Source: Armatimonadota bacterium (lineage in GTDB: Bacteria; Sysuimicrobiota; Sysuimicrobiia; Sysuimicrobiales; Humicultoraceae). From it: 18,010 nucleotides of DNA. Position 1 is the first letter of the stretch. Each line of letters starts with the position of its first letter. The position numbers were made by a program, and so were the translations under genes. The notes beneath the pieces were generated by a model. That model saw only the letters and a program-made list of their open reading frames with translations. It was not told the origin of the DNA and made no database searches. Shown here in pieces: positions 16,503 through 18,010 of this stretch. Where the stretch lies: contig JBQTJP010000291.1 in NCBI GenBank assembly GCA_052386995.1, positions 1 to 18,010 on the forward strand. The letters run 5' to 3'.

Positions 16503-17357
16503 GTGGGGCAGCACATCGCCCGCCGGCTCATGCTGCTCGTGCCCGCCTGGTTCATCATGGGGATCATTGCCTTCACACTGATCCGGCTGATCCCCGGCGA
16601 TCCGGCGGCCGTGCTGCTTGGCATGGAGGCCACTCCCGACGCCGTCGAGCGACTGCGGGAGCGGCTTGGCCTGGATCGGCCGCTCGTGGTGCAGTTTGCG
16701 ATCTGGCTCTCCCAGGTGATCAAAGGAGAACTCGGCAGATCCTTCTTCCTCGGAGAGCCCGTCCTTCAGGCCATCATGGGCCGGCTGCCGGTCACCCTGA
16801 GCCTCGCCGGCTTTGCGCTGGCGACCGCGATGCTCATCGGTATCCCGGCCGGGCTGGGGGCGGCGACGCGGGCCAACTCGCCGGCCGACCTGACCATCAT
16901 GGCGCTCTCCGTCATCGGCTTATCGATCCCGGACTTCGCGCTCGGCCTGATCCTGATCTTTCTCTTCGGGGTGGCGCTGCATTGGTTTCCGATCAGCGGG
17001 TACGTGGCGCTGACGCAGGACCCGGGCGGGTGGGTCCTGCACCTGCTCATGCCCGCGTTCTCGCTGGGGATCGTGCAGGCCGCGCTTATCGCCCGCATCA
17101 CGCGCAGCAGCATGCTGGAAGTCCTCGGGACGGATTACATTCGCACCGCCCGCGCCAAGGGCCTCGTCGAGCGCACGGTGATTGGGGTCCACGCGTTCCG
17201 CAACGCGCTCATCCAGGTGCTGACCGTTGTCGGCAACGCCGCGGTGATCCTGCTCGGCGGGGCGTTCGTGGTCGAAACGGTGTTCAATCTCCCGGGCGTC
17301 GGCAACCTGGTCGATGTCCTCTACGCTTATGTGGATCCGCAGATCCACTACGGCTGA
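16503..17357 (+). CDS. Peptide ABC transporter permease (DppB/OppB-like), 284 aa, apparently missing about 30 aa near the C-terminus
   Basis: AAGGAGG SD before GTG. Motifs LIPGDPA, LGLDRPLVVQF, GELGRSF, RLPVTLSL, TRSSMLEVLGTDYIRTARAKGL and VETVFNLPGVG, joined directly to LVDVLYAYVDPQI. Confidence 0.88.
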   Translation: MGQHIARRLMLLVPAWFIMGIIAFTLIRLIPGDPAAVLLGMEATPDAVERLRERLGLDRPLVVQFAIWLSQVIKGELGRSFFLGEPVLQAIMGRLPVTLSLAGFALATAMLIGIPAGLGAATRANSPADLTIMALSVIGLSIPDFALGLILIFLFGVALHWFPISGYVALTQDPGGWVLHLLMPAFSLGIVQAALIARITRSSMLEVLGTDYIRTARAKGLVERTVIGVHAFRNALIQVLTVVGNAAVILLGGAFVVETVFNLPGVGNLVDVLYAYVDPQIHYG

Positions 17358-18010
17358 GCGCAGGCACCGCATCGACGCGCACCCGGCACTCCCAGCCGAG
17401 ACGACGCGGCCCGCGCCGGGCCGGTCACTATGGCGGCGCCTGCGCCGGCACCGGCTGGCCGTGGCCGGGGGGACGATCACACTGGTGATGACCGTCGTGG
17501 CGCGCGCATCCCCGGTGCTGCTGCGCGCTGATCCGACGACGATCGACGTGGAGCATATCCTGGCGCCGCCATCCCCGAGCCACTGGCTGGGGACGGACGA
17601 TTTCGGCCGTGACCTGCTCTCGCGCATTCTGCACGGTGCGCGGCTCTCGCTCTCGATCGGGTTCTCGGTGCTGATCGTGACTATCGGCATCGGCGGCCTG
17701 TCGGGCATGGCCTCGGGATATTTCCGGACGGCGGACGTCATCGTGATGCGGATCATGGACGCGCTCATGGCCTTCCCCGCCATTCTGCTGGCGCTGGCGG
17801 TGATGGCCATCGCGGGACCAGCGACGATCAACGTGATCCTCGCACTGGGGATCGCCTACTCGCCGAGGATGGCCCGGCTGGCGCGCGCGGCCGTACTGAC
17901 GGTGCGGACCCGGGATTTCATCGAGGCCGCGCGGGCGCTGGGGGCGCGACAGGGGCGCATCCTGATCCGCCACGTCATCCCCAACGCGCTGGCACCGGTG
18001 ATCGTGCAGG
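17329..18010 (+). CDS. Peptide ABC transporter permease (DppC/OppC-like), partial, running off the right edge; start uncertain
   Basis: Manual translation: ...LWRRLRRHRLAVAGG...APPSPSHWLGTDDFGRDLLSRILHGARLSLSIG...MRIMDALMAFPAILLAL...RDFIEAARALGARQGRILIRHVIPNALAPVIVQ. The nearest upstream in-frame ATGs are 17329 and 17314, both inside dppB. Confidence 0.88.
   Translation, partial: MWIRRSTTAERRHRIDAHPALPAETTRPAPGRSLWRRLRRHRLAVAGGTITLVMTVVARASPVLLRADPTTIDVEHILAPPSPSHWLGTDDFGRDLLSRILHGARLSLSIGFSVLIVTIGIGGLSGMASGYFRTADVIVMRIMDALMAFPAILLALAVMAIAGPATINVILALGIAYSPRMARLARAAVLTVRTRDFIEAARALGARQGRILIRHVIPNALAPVIVQ

Overview
High-GC bacterial window encoding a nitrogen-compound uptake and catabolic cluster in two divergent arms. 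The left, minus-strand arm (12822 to 146) is one tightly packed run. In order it encodes an IclR-family regulator, a carbohydrate-type (CUT1) ABC binding protein, two permeases (no ATPase), an aldehyde dehydrogenase, a class-III PLP aminotransferase and an M81/MlrC metallopeptidase. These are followed by a 1083-aa class-III nucleotide cyclase-STAND NTPase-TPR protein and an M14 succinylglutamate desuccinylase/aspartoacylase-like deacylase. A further exported protein starts at the left edge. Upstream on the same strand is a second MlrC copy broken by an internal deletion of about 165 codons and a frameshift. The right, plus-strand arm encodes a creatininase-family amidohydrolase and a peptide/nickel-type (Dpp/Opp) ABC system. 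Its DppB-like permease appears to lack about 30 C-terminal residues. The most notable points are: (i) a cyclase-STAND-TPR signalling protein with non-canonical catalytic residues inside a catabolic operon; (ii) an enzyme set that parallels ectoine degradation chemistry but uses different hydrolases and transporters; (iii) a shared 17-bp operator-like motif, in a 21-bp tandem layout, at both the IclR start and the divergent promoter; (iv) a probably leaderless IclR transcript; (v) two clean internal deletions in nearby genes. All assignments come from motif reading; no database search was run. No rRNA, tRNA, CRISPR array or mobile element was seen.
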